From Syntrophomonadaceae bacterium (GTDB lineage Bacteria; Bacillota; DSM-12270; Thermacetogeniales; Thermacetogeniaceae): DNA of 64,000 nucleotides. Made by a program: the position numbers and the translations under genes. Where the stretch lies: assembly GCA_012516535.1 (NCBI GenBank), contig JAAYWP010000013.1:29341-93340 (forward strand), read 5' to 3'. Shown one piece after another: positions 37,141-46,755 of this stretch (positions are counted from its first letter, which is position 1; each line of letters starts with the position of its first letter). Below the pieces are notes generated by a model that saw only the letters and a program-made list of their open reading frames with translations, ran no database searches and was not told the origin of the DNA.

Positions 37141-38151
37141 TCACCCTTTATTAATTACAGAAAGCGCCGCCAAGGCCAGTTTCTCCGGGTCATGGCGCAC
37201 CAATTCCTGCTCATTTAGCAAATCTCCCCGCCAAACCTTAACCCCCATTCTTTGCAGAGTGCGCAGGTCCACAGCTACTGGTTCAGCCCCTTCTCTGGCA
37301 TACTTTTCAAGACGCACAGGGGCGATTCTTTTATTATTAATTATTATATAATCCAACCAACCCTCTCCCAGATGATTGTAAATAGCAGCCAGATGATCTG
37401 AAGCCTTAAAACCAGAGGTTTCCCCCGGCTGGGTCATAATATTACAAATATAGCATTTTACCGCACGGGTCTGTTTAACCGCCAGGCTGATTTCTGGGAC
37501 TAATAAATTGGGCAAAACACTGGTAAAGAGACTTCCTGGGCCTAATAGGATCAGATCTGCTTGCTTGATAGCTGCAGCCGCCTCCGGTACTGTCTTGCAG
37601 TTAGCAGGGCTTAGAAAAACTCTTTTTATGGGGGTATCTGCCTTAGCTATCCTGCTCTGCCCAAACATATGTGTGCCATCAACCAGTTCTGCATTCAGTG
37701 TCACATGATCCAGGGTAGAGGGTACAACCTGCCCACAGACATTAAGCACACTGCTTATCTCCTGGATAGCTGTCTGAAAATCACCGGTTATATCAACCAA
37801 GGCGGTGATCAGCAGATTTCCCAGACTGTGTCCCGCCAGGCCTTTTCCCTGACCGAAACGGTAATTAAACAGCTTTTCCATAAGAGACTCTGTTTCTGAT
37901 AAAGCCACCAGGCAGTTGCGGATATCCCCCGGCGGCAGTATACCGAATTCTCCCCTTAGCCTCCCTGAACTCCCCCCGTCATCTGCCACAGTCACAATAG
38001 CAGTAATATTGGAAGTATACTTTTTCAGCCCACGCAGCAGAACAGGAAGCCCTGTGCCACCACCAAGGGCAGCGATACGGGGTCCCCGCTTCAAGGTCCG
38101 GCTGCGGAAAAATCCAGTGCAGAAACGAGCTATATCCCGCACCTTCATCAT
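37141..38151 (-). CDS. yvcK: gluconeogenesis factor YvcK (CofD-like family)
   Basis: GGGTGL motif, VTVADDGGSSGRLR, conserved rapZ-yvcK-whiA neighbourhood. Confidence 0.9.
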   Translation of the reverse strand: MMKVRDIARFCTGFFRSRTLKRGPRIAALGGGTGLPVLLRGLKKYTSNITAIVTVADDGGSSGRLRGEFGILPPGDIRNCLVALSETESLMEKLFNYRFGQGKGLAGHSLGNLLITALVDITGDFQTAIQEISSVLNVCGQVVPSTLDHVTLNAELVDGTHMFGQSRIAKADTPIKRVFLSPANCKTVPEAAAAIKQADLILLGPGSLFTSVLPNLLVPEISLAVKQTRAVKCYICNIMTQPGETSGFKASDHLAAIYNHLGEGWLDYIIINNKRIAPVRLEKYAREGAEPVAVDLRTLQRMGVKVWRGDLLNEQELVRHDPEKLALAALSVINKG

Positions 38152-39038
38152 GATCTATCCACCTTTGCCCTGGGAAGATCCCGGTGGTGAACAAACAAAT
38201 GGTATCCTTCCTTCTCTAATATCTCAGCCAGACTCTCGGCGAGAACCACGGATCTGTGTTGCCCACCAGTGCAACCGATAGCCACCACCAGATGGGTTTT
38301 CCCTTCATTGATATATAAGGGCAGCAGAAAGAGCAGCAGATCGCTGTAAAGGCGGAGGAAGCTTTTGGTTTCCTCATGTAAAAAAAGATATTCAACAACC
38401 CTCTGATCCAGTCCTGTACAGTTCTTTAATTCTTCAACATAATTTGGATTGGGAAGAAAGCGAACATCCATTACCAGATCTGCGTCAAGGGGTATCCCGT
38501 ACTTATAACCAAAAGAAATCAGAGTAACTGTAAACAGGGCACCATTATCCTGATCTGAGAATTTATCTTTAAGCTTCCTCTTCAGGTCATGGACGGTCAT
38601 CTCAGTTGTGTCCAGGATAATGTCAGCTGCACCTCTCAGTTCTTCCAGTCGCTCACGCTCAGAGCGGATAGCATCCAGTACGGACCGATCCTCTTCCAGG
38701 GGATGCTGCCGGCGTGACTCTTTATAGCGCCTGACCAAAACAGCATCAGAAGCCTCAAGAAATAATAACTCATACTTAATCCCCTGTTCTGATAATTTTT
38801 GCAGTTCTTCACCCAAAGAATCAAAAAAGAGGGTGCCCCGCACATCCATTACCAGTGCTACACGGTTTACTTTGCCCAATGATTGCTGGCAGAGCTCTGT
38901 TATTTTGGGAATCAGCATCGGTGGCAGATTATCTATACAGAAAAAGCCAAAATCCTCCAAACATCTGAGAGCCTGGGTTTTGCCTGCACCGGAAAGCCCT
39001 GTTACAATTACCAGCCGGATCGGTTGCTCCTCCCCCAT
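38148..39038 (-). CDS. rapZ: RNase adapter protein RapZ (YvcJ)
   Basis: Walker A GLSGAGKT, C-terminal GCTGGQHRSV. Start placed at MGEEQP (39038), which follows GGAGAGGAAGGGGAG. The track ORF begins at 39122. Confidence 0.9.
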   Translation of the reverse strand: MGEEQPIRLVIVTGLSGAGKTQALRCLEDFGFFCIDNLPPMLIPKITELCQQSLGKVNRVALVMDVRGTLFFDSLGEELQKLSEQGIKYELLFLEASDAVLVRRYKESRRQHPLEEDRSVLDAIRSERERLEELRGAADIILDTTEMTVHDLKRKLKDKFSDQDNGALFTVTLISFGYKYGIPLDADLVMDVRFLPNPNYVEELKNCTGLDQRVVEYLFLHEETKSFLRLYSDLLLFLLPLYINEGKTHLVVAIGCTGGQHRSVVLAESLAEILEKEGYHLFVHHRDLPRAKVDRS

Positions 39039-39140
39039 CTTTTCTCCCCTTCCTCTCCAGTTACGTGACTCTATCCCTAATACTAAGTTTATCATATGGA
39101 CAGATTCATATATACCCCTCAACTGCTCCCAACTTTGTAC

Positions 39141-39162
39141 AAAAAAAGCACAGAAACTGTGC
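39141..39162 (-). terminator. rho-independent terminator of the DedA-family gene
   Basis: GCACAG-N3-CTGTGC, followed on the minus strand by TTTTTTT. Confidence 0.6.
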
Positions 39163-39206
39163 CTTTGATCATTGTTGTTCAGCTTTTGTAGTACAGCCCC
39201 ATCAAC

Positions 39207-39821
39207 TCAAGGCCCTATAAATCTTTTTTTGATGAAATAGACTGCAAATACTAATAAAAGAATCACTAAAACCGCAACAGTAATCATTGTATAATAATCC
39301 AGATAAGAAGCGATTATTCCCCAGGTCTCTCCCGCCAAGCTGCCTAAATAAACAAGCGCAGAATTCCAGATGAAGGTGCCCAGGATCGTCAAAAGCAAAA
39401 AAGTACCCAATTTCATCTTAGCCATCCCTGCTGGTATAGATATTAAACTTCGTACAATGGGAACAAATCTGCAAAAAAATACTGCTCGATTACCATACTT
39501 GTTAAACCATTTCCCTGCTGTTCTCACATCTTCTGCTTTCAGATGCAGCATCTTTCCAAATTTGCTGTCAAATAACAGTTCAAGCCGGTTAATATTTAAT
39601 ACCCTGCCAAGAATATATAAGACAACTGCACCTAAAGATGAACCTGTTGTAGCAGAGAGAATAACCCCCCAAACAGTCATCCTGCTGCAGGTAGTCATAA
39701 AACCCCCAAAGGTCAGAATTATCTCTGATGGTATCGGTGGGAAAAAATTTTCTACTATGATCAATAAAAAAACACCGAGATAACCAAACCGGTTGATGAT
39801 ATCTATAACAAAATCCTCCAT
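39207..39821 (-). CDS. DedA/SNARE-associated family membrane protein
   Basis: ENFFPPIPSE motif and RF.P..R segment typical of DedA proteins. 204 aa, multi-TM. Confidence 0.8.
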   Translation of the reverse strand: MEDFVIDIINRFGYLGVFLLIIVENFFPPIPSEIILTFGGFMTTCSRMTVWGVILSATTGSSLGAVVLYILGRVLNINRLELLFDSKFGKMLHLKAEDVRTAGKWFNKYGNRAVFFCRFVPIVRSLISIPAGMAKMKLGTFLLLTILGTFIWNSALVYLGSLAGETWGIIASYLDYYTMITVAVLVILLLVFAVYFIKKRFIGP

Positions 39822-40035
39822 TATTGCCTCCGCCCAGCCACATAATTTCCTCTGTCAAATATATTAAGACTCACTCTCAACGAGCATACCTTATCTAAAT
39901 AGCTATGTAAAGTGCACTTCTTTGTTAAAAAATAAAACAGCAGCCCCTTACATAGATGGAATTTTTTTAGAAAATAGATAAAAAAAGAATGAGTAACGAA
40001 AAGCCCTGTGCTATAATTTTTGTCTAGGTGGTTAT

Positions 40036-40428
40036 ATGTTTATTAAAAAGTATATTAACACAGTTTTTATTATAATAGGCACAATCTCTGTTTGTTTAGG
40101 AGTTATAGGTATTTTTGTTCCGGTGCTCCCTACAACACCTTTTCTGCTACTGGCTGCTGCTTGTTACACCAGGGGTTCCAAAAAGCTCTATGAGCGGCTG
40201 ATTAACCACCCGGTGCTCGGCGAATATATTAAAAACTACAGGGAAGGGCGGGGTATTCCGCTCCACGCAAAAATACTGGGTATATCACTGCTCTGGCTGA
40301 CCATAGGGTATTCAGTGTTATTTGTTATTGAAAACATTTTACTGCGCATCCTGTTAATCATCATCGCCATATGTGTTACCATCCATTTAGTATCCATTAA
40401 AACATTTCGCAATAACCCACACAAATGA
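40036..40428 (+). CDS. DUF454 (YbaN-like) inner membrane protein
   Basis: 130 aa, GIFVPVLPTTPFLLLAAACY motif characteristic of the YbaN family. An extended -10 (TGCTATAAT) lies at 40009-40017. Confidence 0.7.
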   Translation: MFIKKYINTVFIIIGTISVCLGVIGIFVPVLPTTPFLLLAAACYTRGSKKLYERLINHPVLGEYIKNYREGRGIPLHAKILGISLLWLTIGYSVLFVIENILLRILLIIIAICVTIHLVSIKTFRNNPHK

Positions 40429-40443
40429 TCCAAACCATTAACT

Positions 40444-41412
40444 TCAATCATCAGATGGATTTCCCGACTGTAACTGGTCCCAGGCATATGCTGCCGCACC
40501 CAGCAATCCTGAACGCCCCTTCAAAGCTGCTGGGATTATCTTCAGTTGTTCCCGGTAGGGTGGGTAAGTTCGCCTGTATGCTTCATCATAGGCGGGTTCA
40601 AGCAGCAGTTCCCCTACCCCGCAGGCAACCCCCCCACCGATGATAAACACCTCAGGATTTAACAGATTGGCCACACTGGCGATGGCCCTCCCCAGATAAC
40701 GGCCGGCAGCTGCCAGTATTTCCCTGGCCTCTGGATCACCTTCCAGTGCTGCTTTACCTACAGCACGGGCATCCACTCCTTCTATACCTTCAGTTGCAGC
40801 CAGTATGCCTTTGCCCCTGCCAGCTCTCACCAGCTCTCTGGCATCTCTCATAATGGCACAACCTGATGCTAACCCTTCCAGGCAGCCCTGATTTCCACAG
40901 GAACAGACCTGGCCATGAGCATCAACAATCATGTGGCCAAACTCCCCAGCCCCACCGAATGCACCCCTATAAAGCTGGTTGTTAAGAATCAACCCACCCC
41001 CTACTCCGGTGCTCACAGTTATATAAACAAGATCCTGATACCCCCGGCCTGCACCGTAACGATGCTCTCCCAGGGCAGCCAGGTTGGCATCATTATCCAT
41101 CCAAACCGGAAGGTTAAATAATTTCTCCAAGGCCCTTTTCAGATCAACATCTCTCCATTTAAGGTTGGGTGCAAACAGAATAACACCTTTTTCCGAGTCA
41201 ATATATGCAGGTACGGCAACACCGATACCCAAGGGTTGCTCACCGGAAGGGCACACACACTTTAGGCTGTTAGCGATGCGCTCAATAACTGCCTCTACAC
41301 CTTCCTCTGGTCCAGTAAGGCATTTATCTTCACAAATAATCTCTCCATTCCTGCCCACCAGTGCCGAATAGATTTTAGTGCCACCCAAATCCACAGCCAG
41401 CACCTTATCCAT
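40444..41412 (-). CDS. glk: ROK-family glucokinase
   Basis: DLGGTKI ATP-binding motif and the ROK Cys motif CSCGNQGCLE. Confidence 0.85.
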   Translation of the reverse strand: MDKVLAVDLGGTKIYSALVGRNGEIICEDKCLTGPEEGVEAVIERIANSLKCVCPSGEQPLGIGVAVPAYIDSEKGVILFAPNLKWRDVDLKRALEKLFNLPVWMDNDANLAALGEHRYGAGRGYQDLVYITVSTGVGGGLILNNQLYRGAFGGAGEFGHMIVDAHGQVCSCGNQGCLEGLASGCAIMRDARELVRAGRGKGILAATEGIEGVDARAVGKAALEGDPEAREILAAAGRYLGRAIASVANLLNPEVFIIGGGVACGVGELLLEPAYDEAYRRTYPPYREQLKIIPAALKGRSGLLGAAAYAWDQLQSGNPSDD

Positions 41413-41440
41413 GGGTTACCTCCTAAACTCAAACATCCAA

Positions 41441-42805
41441 CTATTTTACTATAAAAACACGGCTTTCCCTGAGGTAAGCGTCCAGCATCTCTCGATATTC
41501 TTTCTGTCTGGAAAGGTGATCCTCTCTGCCCAAAAGGGAGTAGGCAATCCTTTTACCCTCCTCCACCCCTGGCTGGTCATATGGGTTAACATTAAACAGA
41601 TTGGCCACAAAAATGGTCAATGCCTCATATAAATAGAACAGCCCCCCCAGGGCAGCGGCAGATGCTTCCCTGATCGTGATCCGGTAACAGGGATGACCAG
41701 CATTTACCAAACTCACTTCTGTAACCATCTGCTCGATATACAGTTGCTCCTGCAAGGTATGTCCATCAAAATAAGCGTATTCTACCTCAGAGGGAAAAGC
41801 CCCTTTAATTTTCGGGTCCTCAGGCACATGATGGATCCTGATAAATCCAAAGATCTTATCAGCTGCCCCTTCCTTAAATAATTGGAGAAGAGAATGCTGA
41901 TCAGTTGTCCCCAAGCAGGAAAGGGGTGTTGCTCCTAATTTAACTTCCTCTCCGGTCAAGGTCACCCTTTTCCCTAAACTCTCCGCCCATAGCTGCATAA
42001 ACCAAAGCCCGAACTGCTGCAGTAGGTCACTATAGTTGAACAGCACATGGATGGTTCTCCCTGCCTGGAAATGCTCATAAATTGCTCCGCCCAAAACCAG
42101 CAGCGGGTTCTCCTCTGATGGTTTTGTGGTCAACAGCTTGTGTACGGCACCTGCCCCCTCCAGAAAACCCCGGCAGTCGATCCCTGCTAGCTCTGCTGGG
42201 AGAAAACCCACAGGAGACATGACCGAATATCTCCCCTGCAGATTTTTGGGAAAGCTGAACAGATAACAGCCCAACTTTTTAGCAATACGATTGATCCCAT
42301 TGTCTCCGGGATCACAGATGATCACAATATCCCGCTCATCCCCGCCTGCCTCTTTGTATTTGTTATAGAAATAGATAAAATTAGCAGCAGTCTCTGCAGT
42401 TGAGCCTGATTTGCTGGTATAAACCAATGCAGTTTTGCGGAAATCCAAAATCCTCTCTAATTGGGATACTGTAGCCGGATCTATATTATCCAAAACAAAG
42501 AGGCGCGGCTTCTGCTGCTCCATCAGATAATAACAGCCATACAAAAACTGCAGCATTGCCTTGGTTCCCAGAGCTGAACCACCGATTCCCAGAATCAGGA
42601 TGTTTTCATATTTTTCCCGCAGCTTCATAGCAGTGGATTTTAGCTCAGCAATGGTCTCCTCATCCAGGAAAGAAAGTGTAATGGGATTCCTCTTTTCCCG
42701 CAGCTCATCCTGAAATCTGCTAAAGGCATCTTTGATCTCAGAACTGAAACCACCCCCCGTTTTTCCTATCAGGTGACCAGTATCAATAACCATCAACTCA
42801 TCCAT
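41441..42805 (-). CDS. pgi: glucose-6-phosphate isomerase
   Basis: SIS-domain motifs (GIGGSALG, SKSGSTAET). Start placed at MDELMVI (42805), which follows GAAAGGAG. The track ORF begins at 42832. Confidence 0.85.
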   Translation of the reverse strand: MDELMVIDTGHLIGKTGGGFSSEIKDAFSRFQDELREKRNPITLSFLDEETIAELKSTAMKLREKYENILILGIGGSALGTKAMLQFLYGCYYLMEQQKPRLFVLDNIDPATVSQLERILDFRKTALVYTSKSGSTAETAANFIYFYNKYKEAGGDERDIVIICDPGDNGINRIAKKLGCYLFSFPKNLQGRYSVMSPVGFLPAELAGIDCRGFLEGAGAVHKLLTTKPSEENPLLVLGGAIYEHFQAGRTIHVLFNYSDLLQQFGLWFMQLWAESLGKRVTLTGEEVKLGATPLSCLGTTDQHSLLQLFKEGAADKIFGFIRIHHVPEDPKIKGAFPSEVEYAYFDGHTLQEQLYIEQMVTEVSLVNAGHPCYRITIREASAAALGGLFYLYEALTIFVANLFNVNPYDQPGVEEGKRIAYSLLGREDHLSRQKEYREMLDAYLRESRVFIVK

Positions 42806-43105
42806 GGGTTTACTCCTTTCTATTGGTAACAAGAGCCAGCATGTATCTTAACTATATTAGTGGCCTTAATTCCTCCAATATATACTTTTTACCTTTTCGG
42901 TGCCATGCTTGCTTTATTGCCTTATTCTAAAACTATTCCCACCTCTAACCTCTCACTTCCCACCTCTCATTCAGCTAGGCTTGCCTTATTGCTAATCTCT
43001 TTTCCGGCTTCCGGCACCTACTTCTGCAGCCTGGCCATTGTCAACATCATGGGCATCGCCCACTATTGTCCAACGACTAACCACCAACCACTAACCACTA
43101 AATAA

Positions 43106-43930
43106 CTACCTTTCCGCAGCCCGGAGAACCAGTTTTTCCAGTATCCGAGCCACACCATCCTCATTATTGGAGGCGGTAATATATTTTGCTCTCGAACGCA
43201 CCTCTGGATAGGCATTGGCCACAGCAACACTGCATCCTGCAAAATCCAGCATCTCCAAGTCATTATAGCTATCCCCGCAGGCCATAACCTCCTCCCGGCT
43301 GACCCCTAACCAATCTGCCAACTTTTTTAATGCCGTTCCCTTGGTGGCTTTGGGGTGGTTAACTTCCAGATAGGTTGGTTTGGATTTGGTCAGGTGAGCA
43401 TCCAGTCCTTCTCTCTGTAAAATTTCCCGCACTTCTTGTAATGATTGCTCAATCAACTGCTCCTCCTGAATGAGCAGCAGCTTATAGGGAAGTCCGCCTT
43501 CCAGAAGTTTCTCTAGGTCATTCACTCTGGTAAAAGGAACCCCAGCCAGCTGCTCATAATGCTCCCCTACCGGTGTGACCCGTTCCACATAGATCTTGTC
43601 CTCCAGATAAAAATTCACATGAACCTGTTTCTTGCGACCGTACTGGATTATCAACCTGGCTACCTCTTCACTAAGCGGACACTCATAAATAACCTCCTCT
43701 GAAAAAACACTCTTAACTAGCGCCCCCTGGTATGTGATGATCGGTACATCAAAACCAAGCTGTTCTGCATAAGGCCTAGCCGAAGGCAGCATCCGGCCAG
43801 TGGAGATGGTCACCACAACACCACTCTTCCTCACCCGGCGCAGGATTTCCTGTGTGTACTCTGATATGGTCAGATCATCCCGCAAAAGTGTATCATCAAG
43901 GTCAACAGCAACCAGTTTAATCCTCTGCAT
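43106..43930 (-). CDS. Cof-type HAD-IIB family hydrolase
   Basis: Motif I VAVDLDDTLL, motif III/IV KGTALKKL and GDSYNDLEM. Confidence 0.85.
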   Translation of the reverse strand: MQRIKLVAVDLDDTLLRDDLTISEYTQEILRRVRKSGVVVTISTGRMLPSARPYAEQLGFDVPIITYQGALVKSVFSEEVIYECPLSEEVARLIIQYGRKKQVHVNFYLEDKIYVERVTPVGEHYEQLAGVPFTRVNDLEKLLEGGLPYKLLLIQEEQLIEQSLQEVREILQREGLDAHLTKSKPTYLEVNHPKATKGTALKKLADWLGVSREEVMACGDSYNDLEMLDFAGCSVAVANAYPEVRSRAKYITASNNEDGVARILEKLVLRAAER

Positions 43931-44133
43931 TCTTTGCCTCCGCTTTATTGTGTATTGTGATTATACCCTCCGGATATATGCCGCCACATATTAATTATAT
44001 ATGCTGCTACTAGTTTAACATATCAGCAGCTGTTAGTTGGAAGTAACAGCAAGGACAAAGGCCATAAACAGTCGCTTTTTTTATCAGGGAGACAGGCTCA
44101 AGGAGTATTGAGATCAGCAGACATGCGGATTAA

Positions 44134-44171
44134 ACAAAAAAGCCGTTAAGGAAATTTGTTCCTCAACGGCT
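44134..44171 (-). terminator. rho-independent terminator downstream of the Rrf2 gene
   Basis: AGCCGTT-N17-AACGGCT, followed on the minus strand by TTTTTTGTTT. Confidence 0.7.
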
Positions 44172-44213
44172 CTTCCAACCATATTAGTGCAAATATCAGT
44201 TTTTGGTATGATT

Positions 44214-44232
44214 CTATACTAAAATAGTATAG
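44214..44232. promoter_or_regulatory. perfect 8-3-8 palindrome CTATACTA-AAA-TAGTATAG
   Basis: Exact inverted repeat. 17 of 19 positions match the second copy at 44710-44728. Confidence 0.5.
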
Positions 44233-44266
44233 TTTATGCCGCAAATTTATTATGAAGGAGGATGCC

Positions 44267-44692
44267 CTATTTTAAATTTTGCTTCATATATTCCTTCAAC
44301 TGTTCAAAATTGTATTTGTCAAATTCCTGGGATATAGTTTGCTGAATAGATGCTAGAACGTGGTGTACCGGACAGTGCTCTGTCGCTTGCTTATTACAAT
44401 AGTCAGGGTCAATAAGGCATTTGTTGATGCGGATAGAACCTTCTACTGCTTCAAGGACATCTTTTAGTGTGATATCAGCCGGAATTTTGCCTAGGGCATA
44501 TCCCCCTCCCACACCTTGATACGATTTTACAATCCCCGCCTTAGCCAAACTGCGCAGAATTTTAAGCAGAAAGCGTAATGGTATATGCTGATTTTCAGCG
44601 ATAACCTTGGCCTCAACTATTTCACCTGGCTGCAGCAAGGAAAGATAAAGAACTGCTCTGAATGCATAATCAGTTGCTTGATTTAAAATCAA
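44267..44692 (-). CDS. Rrf2-family transcriptional regulator
   Basis: N-terminal winged-helix (TDYAFRAVLYLS...LRFLLKILRSLAKAGIV.S..G..GGY.L) and three C-terminal Cys (C..C.....C). Confidence 0.9.
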   Translation of the reverse strand: MILNQATDYAFRAVLYLSLLQPGEIVEAKVIAENQHIPLRFLLKILRSLAKAGIVKSYQGVGGGYALGKIPADITLKDVLEAVEGSIRINKCLIDPDYCNKQATEHCPVHHVLASIQQTISQEFDKYNFEQLKEYMKQNLK

Positions 44693-44709
44693 ATAACTGC
44701 CTCCAAAAA

Positions 44710-44728
44710 CTATACCAAAATAGTATTG
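44710..44728. promoter_or_regulatory. second copy of the 19-bp palindrome (CTATACCAAAATAGTATTG), candidate Rrf2 operator
   Basis: Lies between the predicted -10 box and the RBS of the Rrf2 gene. Confidence 0.5.
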
Positions 44729-44737
44729 TTTAATAAT

Positions 44738-44766
44738 ATTATAACTGCCACTTCACATTGAGTCAA
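44738..44766 (-). promoter_or_regulatory. consensus sigma-A promoter of the Rrf2 gene
   Basis: On the minus strand: TTGACT, 17-nt spacer, TATAAT. The TTGACT is part of a partial REP unit (CCCTTGACTCAATG). Confidence 0.65.
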
Positions 44767-44825
44767 GGGCTTTAAAGTGCTCAAATGTAAAAATTACGCA
44801 TCAGATAAATATTATTCACAATCAT

Positions 44826-46655
44826 TTAAGACTGTTCAGCATCTCTTTTCAAGAATTCGTATAGAACCTCTGCTGTCCTTCTGTTCATCCCCGGCACAGC
44901 GGCTAATTCCTCTACAGATGCCCTGCGTATCCGAGCGAGAGAACCGAAATGCTTTAATAAGGCTTCCTGTCTTTTCCTGCCGATACCAGGGACTTGAGTT
45001 AAGACAGATGCCTTCAATCTGCGTTGGCGCAGTTTTTCTTGGTAGCTGAGGGCAAACCGGTGTGCTTCATCCCTAGCCTGCTGCAGCAGGTGCAATCCTG
45101 GGTGACTGTGAGGAAGAAGTAAGGGTGCAGAGCGCCCAGGCAGATAGATCCCTTCCTCTTTCTCAGCCAGAGCAACCACATCAAGAGGTGGGACATCTGA
45201 CCGCTGCAGAACCTCCAGTGCTGAACTGAGCTGGCCTTTACCCCCATCGATGACAAGCAGATCAGGCAGACCCTTATTCTTTATCCTGCGCCTCACAACC
45301 TCCCTGATGGCAGCATAATCATCACCACATACCTTTTCCTTGATCCGGTAGTGCCTGTATCCCTTTTTATCAGGCTGTCCATCAGTAAAACGGACCAGAG
45401 AGCCTACTGTCTCCTGGCCAGCCAGATGTGAGATATCGATGCACTCTATTTTTCTGGGCGCTTTTTCCAAACCCAGAGTCTCCTGCAGCGCCATTACCAG
45501 TGCCCTACCCTTTTCCTGGGTTTTTAAGGAGCGCCTGTATCTCTGTTCAGCCATAAAGCCGGCATTTTCCAAAGCCATCTCCGTCAGTTCTTTTCCCCGC
45601 CCACGCTTAGGAAACCGGATCTCCACTTTTCTCCCCTTAAGATCAGCCAGCCAATGCTCAAGGAGTTCAGCTTCATCCAGCGGAGAACTCACCAAAATCG
45701 CAGCAGGTATCTCCCTTCCATTCTGATAGTAATTTTTGATAAATGAAGCGAGAACTTCACCTGCAGGTGTTTCCTCTGCTGAGGAAAGAAAGTAGTGTTC
45801 CTGAGCAACCACTTTCCCACCACGGGCGCGGAGTAAAAAAACACACACCTCATCCCCGTACGTCCCCACCGCCAGCACATCCTGGTCACTGCCTGTTGCC
45901 TGAGCCACCCTCTGCTGTTCATGTAGTTTTTTCAGTGCCTCCAACTGATCGCGCAGCCGGGCAGCCTCTTCAAAATCCATCCTCTCTGCAGCATCTTTCA
46001 TCTGCTGGTGAAGGTTTTTTTCCACTTCACTGGTTTTTCCCTTTAAGAAAAGAACTAACTGCTCGATCATCTCCCTGTATTTTTCAGGGGACACATTCCC
46101 TACACAGGGTCCCAAACACTGTTTGATCTGGCCGTTGAGACAGGTTCTGCTGCGGGGAGCCAGCCTGCGGTCAGAACAGGAGCGAAACGGGAAAAGCCTG
46201 CGCAGGAATGTTAAGGTTTCCTTGACCGCGCCAACATTAGGGTAAGGGCCAAAATAGCGGGAACCATCCCTTACTAGCTTGCGGGTCATCATCACCCTGG
46301 GAAATTCCTCTGCAGTCACCCTTATATAAGGATAGGACTTGTCATCCTTAAGCATAATGTTGTATTTAGGCCTGTACTCTTTGATCAGATTGCACTCCAG
46401 AACCAGGGCTTCAGCCTCAGTATCAGTGATGATATACTCCAGATCTGCGGCTTCCTCCATCATTTTCCTGATCCGTTCGATCAGCCCCCTCGGCTGAAAA
46501 TAGGACCGCAGGCGATTAGGGAGAGAGACCGCCTTGCCCACATAGATAACCCTCCCGGATCTATTGCGGAATATATAAACCCCCGGACGGTCGGGGATCA
46601 GATCGATCTCTTTTTTCAGTTCTTCTACACTTTTAGTAGATCCCATATCTTTCAC
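44826..46655 (-). CDS. uvrC: excinuclease ABC subunit C
   Basis: GIY-YIG N-terminus (PGVYIFRN...IYVGKA), UVR domain, C-terminal (HhH)2. The start could instead be the ATG at 46646. Confidence 0.95.
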   Translation of the reverse strand: MKDMGSTKSVEELKKEIDLIPDRPGVYIFRNRSGRVIYVGKAVSLPNRLRSYFQPRGLIERIRKMMEEAADLEYIITDTEAEALVLECNLIKEYRPKYNIMLKDDKSYPYIRVTAEEFPRVMMTRKLVRDGSRYFGPYPNVGAVKETLTFLRRLFPFRSCSDRRLAPRSRTCLNGQIKQCLGPCVGNVSPEKYREMIEQLVLFLKGKTSEVEKNLHQQMKDAAERMDFEEAARLRDQLEALKKLHEQQRVAQATGSDQDVLAVGTYGDEVCVFLLRARGGKVVAQEHYFLSSAEETPAGEVLASFIKNYYQNGREIPAAILVSSPLDEAELLEHWLADLKGRKVEIRFPKRGRGKELTEMALENAGFMAEQRYRRSLKTQEKGRALVMALQETLGLEKAPRKIECIDISHLAGQETVGSLVRFTDGQPDKKGYRHYRIKEKVCGDDYAAIREVVRRRIKNKGLPDLLVIDGGKGQLSSALEVLQRSDVPPLDVVALAEKEEGIYLPGRSAPLLLPHSHPGLHLLQQARDEAHRFALSYQEKLRQRRLKASVLTQVPGIGRKRQEALLKHFGSLARIRRASVEELAAVPGMNRRTAEVLYEFLKRDAEQS

Positions 46656-46674
46656 CCTTTTCCTAAGGAAGCGG

Positions 46675-46733
46675 GGAAGCAGGGGGTCGTTCTTTTCGCT
46701 CCCTGTTATTGCTTCCTGTCCACGGTAGGACAG
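46675..46733 (+). other. two adjacent hairpins preceding the rod element
   Basis: GGAAGC/AGGG pairs with CCCT/GCTTCC (46675-46716). CTGTCC-ACGGTA-GGACAG (46716-46733). Confidence 0.4.
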
Positions 46734-46755
46734 TCTCCCCCGTTCGGTCGATTTA

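Noticed and set aside
42860-43105. 81-aa plus-strand ORF in the pgi/HAD spacer, and the 62-aa ORF at 9200-9388.
   Set aside because: No RBS, low-complexity proline/leucine-rich or AT-driven sequence, located in promoter or terminator spacers of minus-strand genes.
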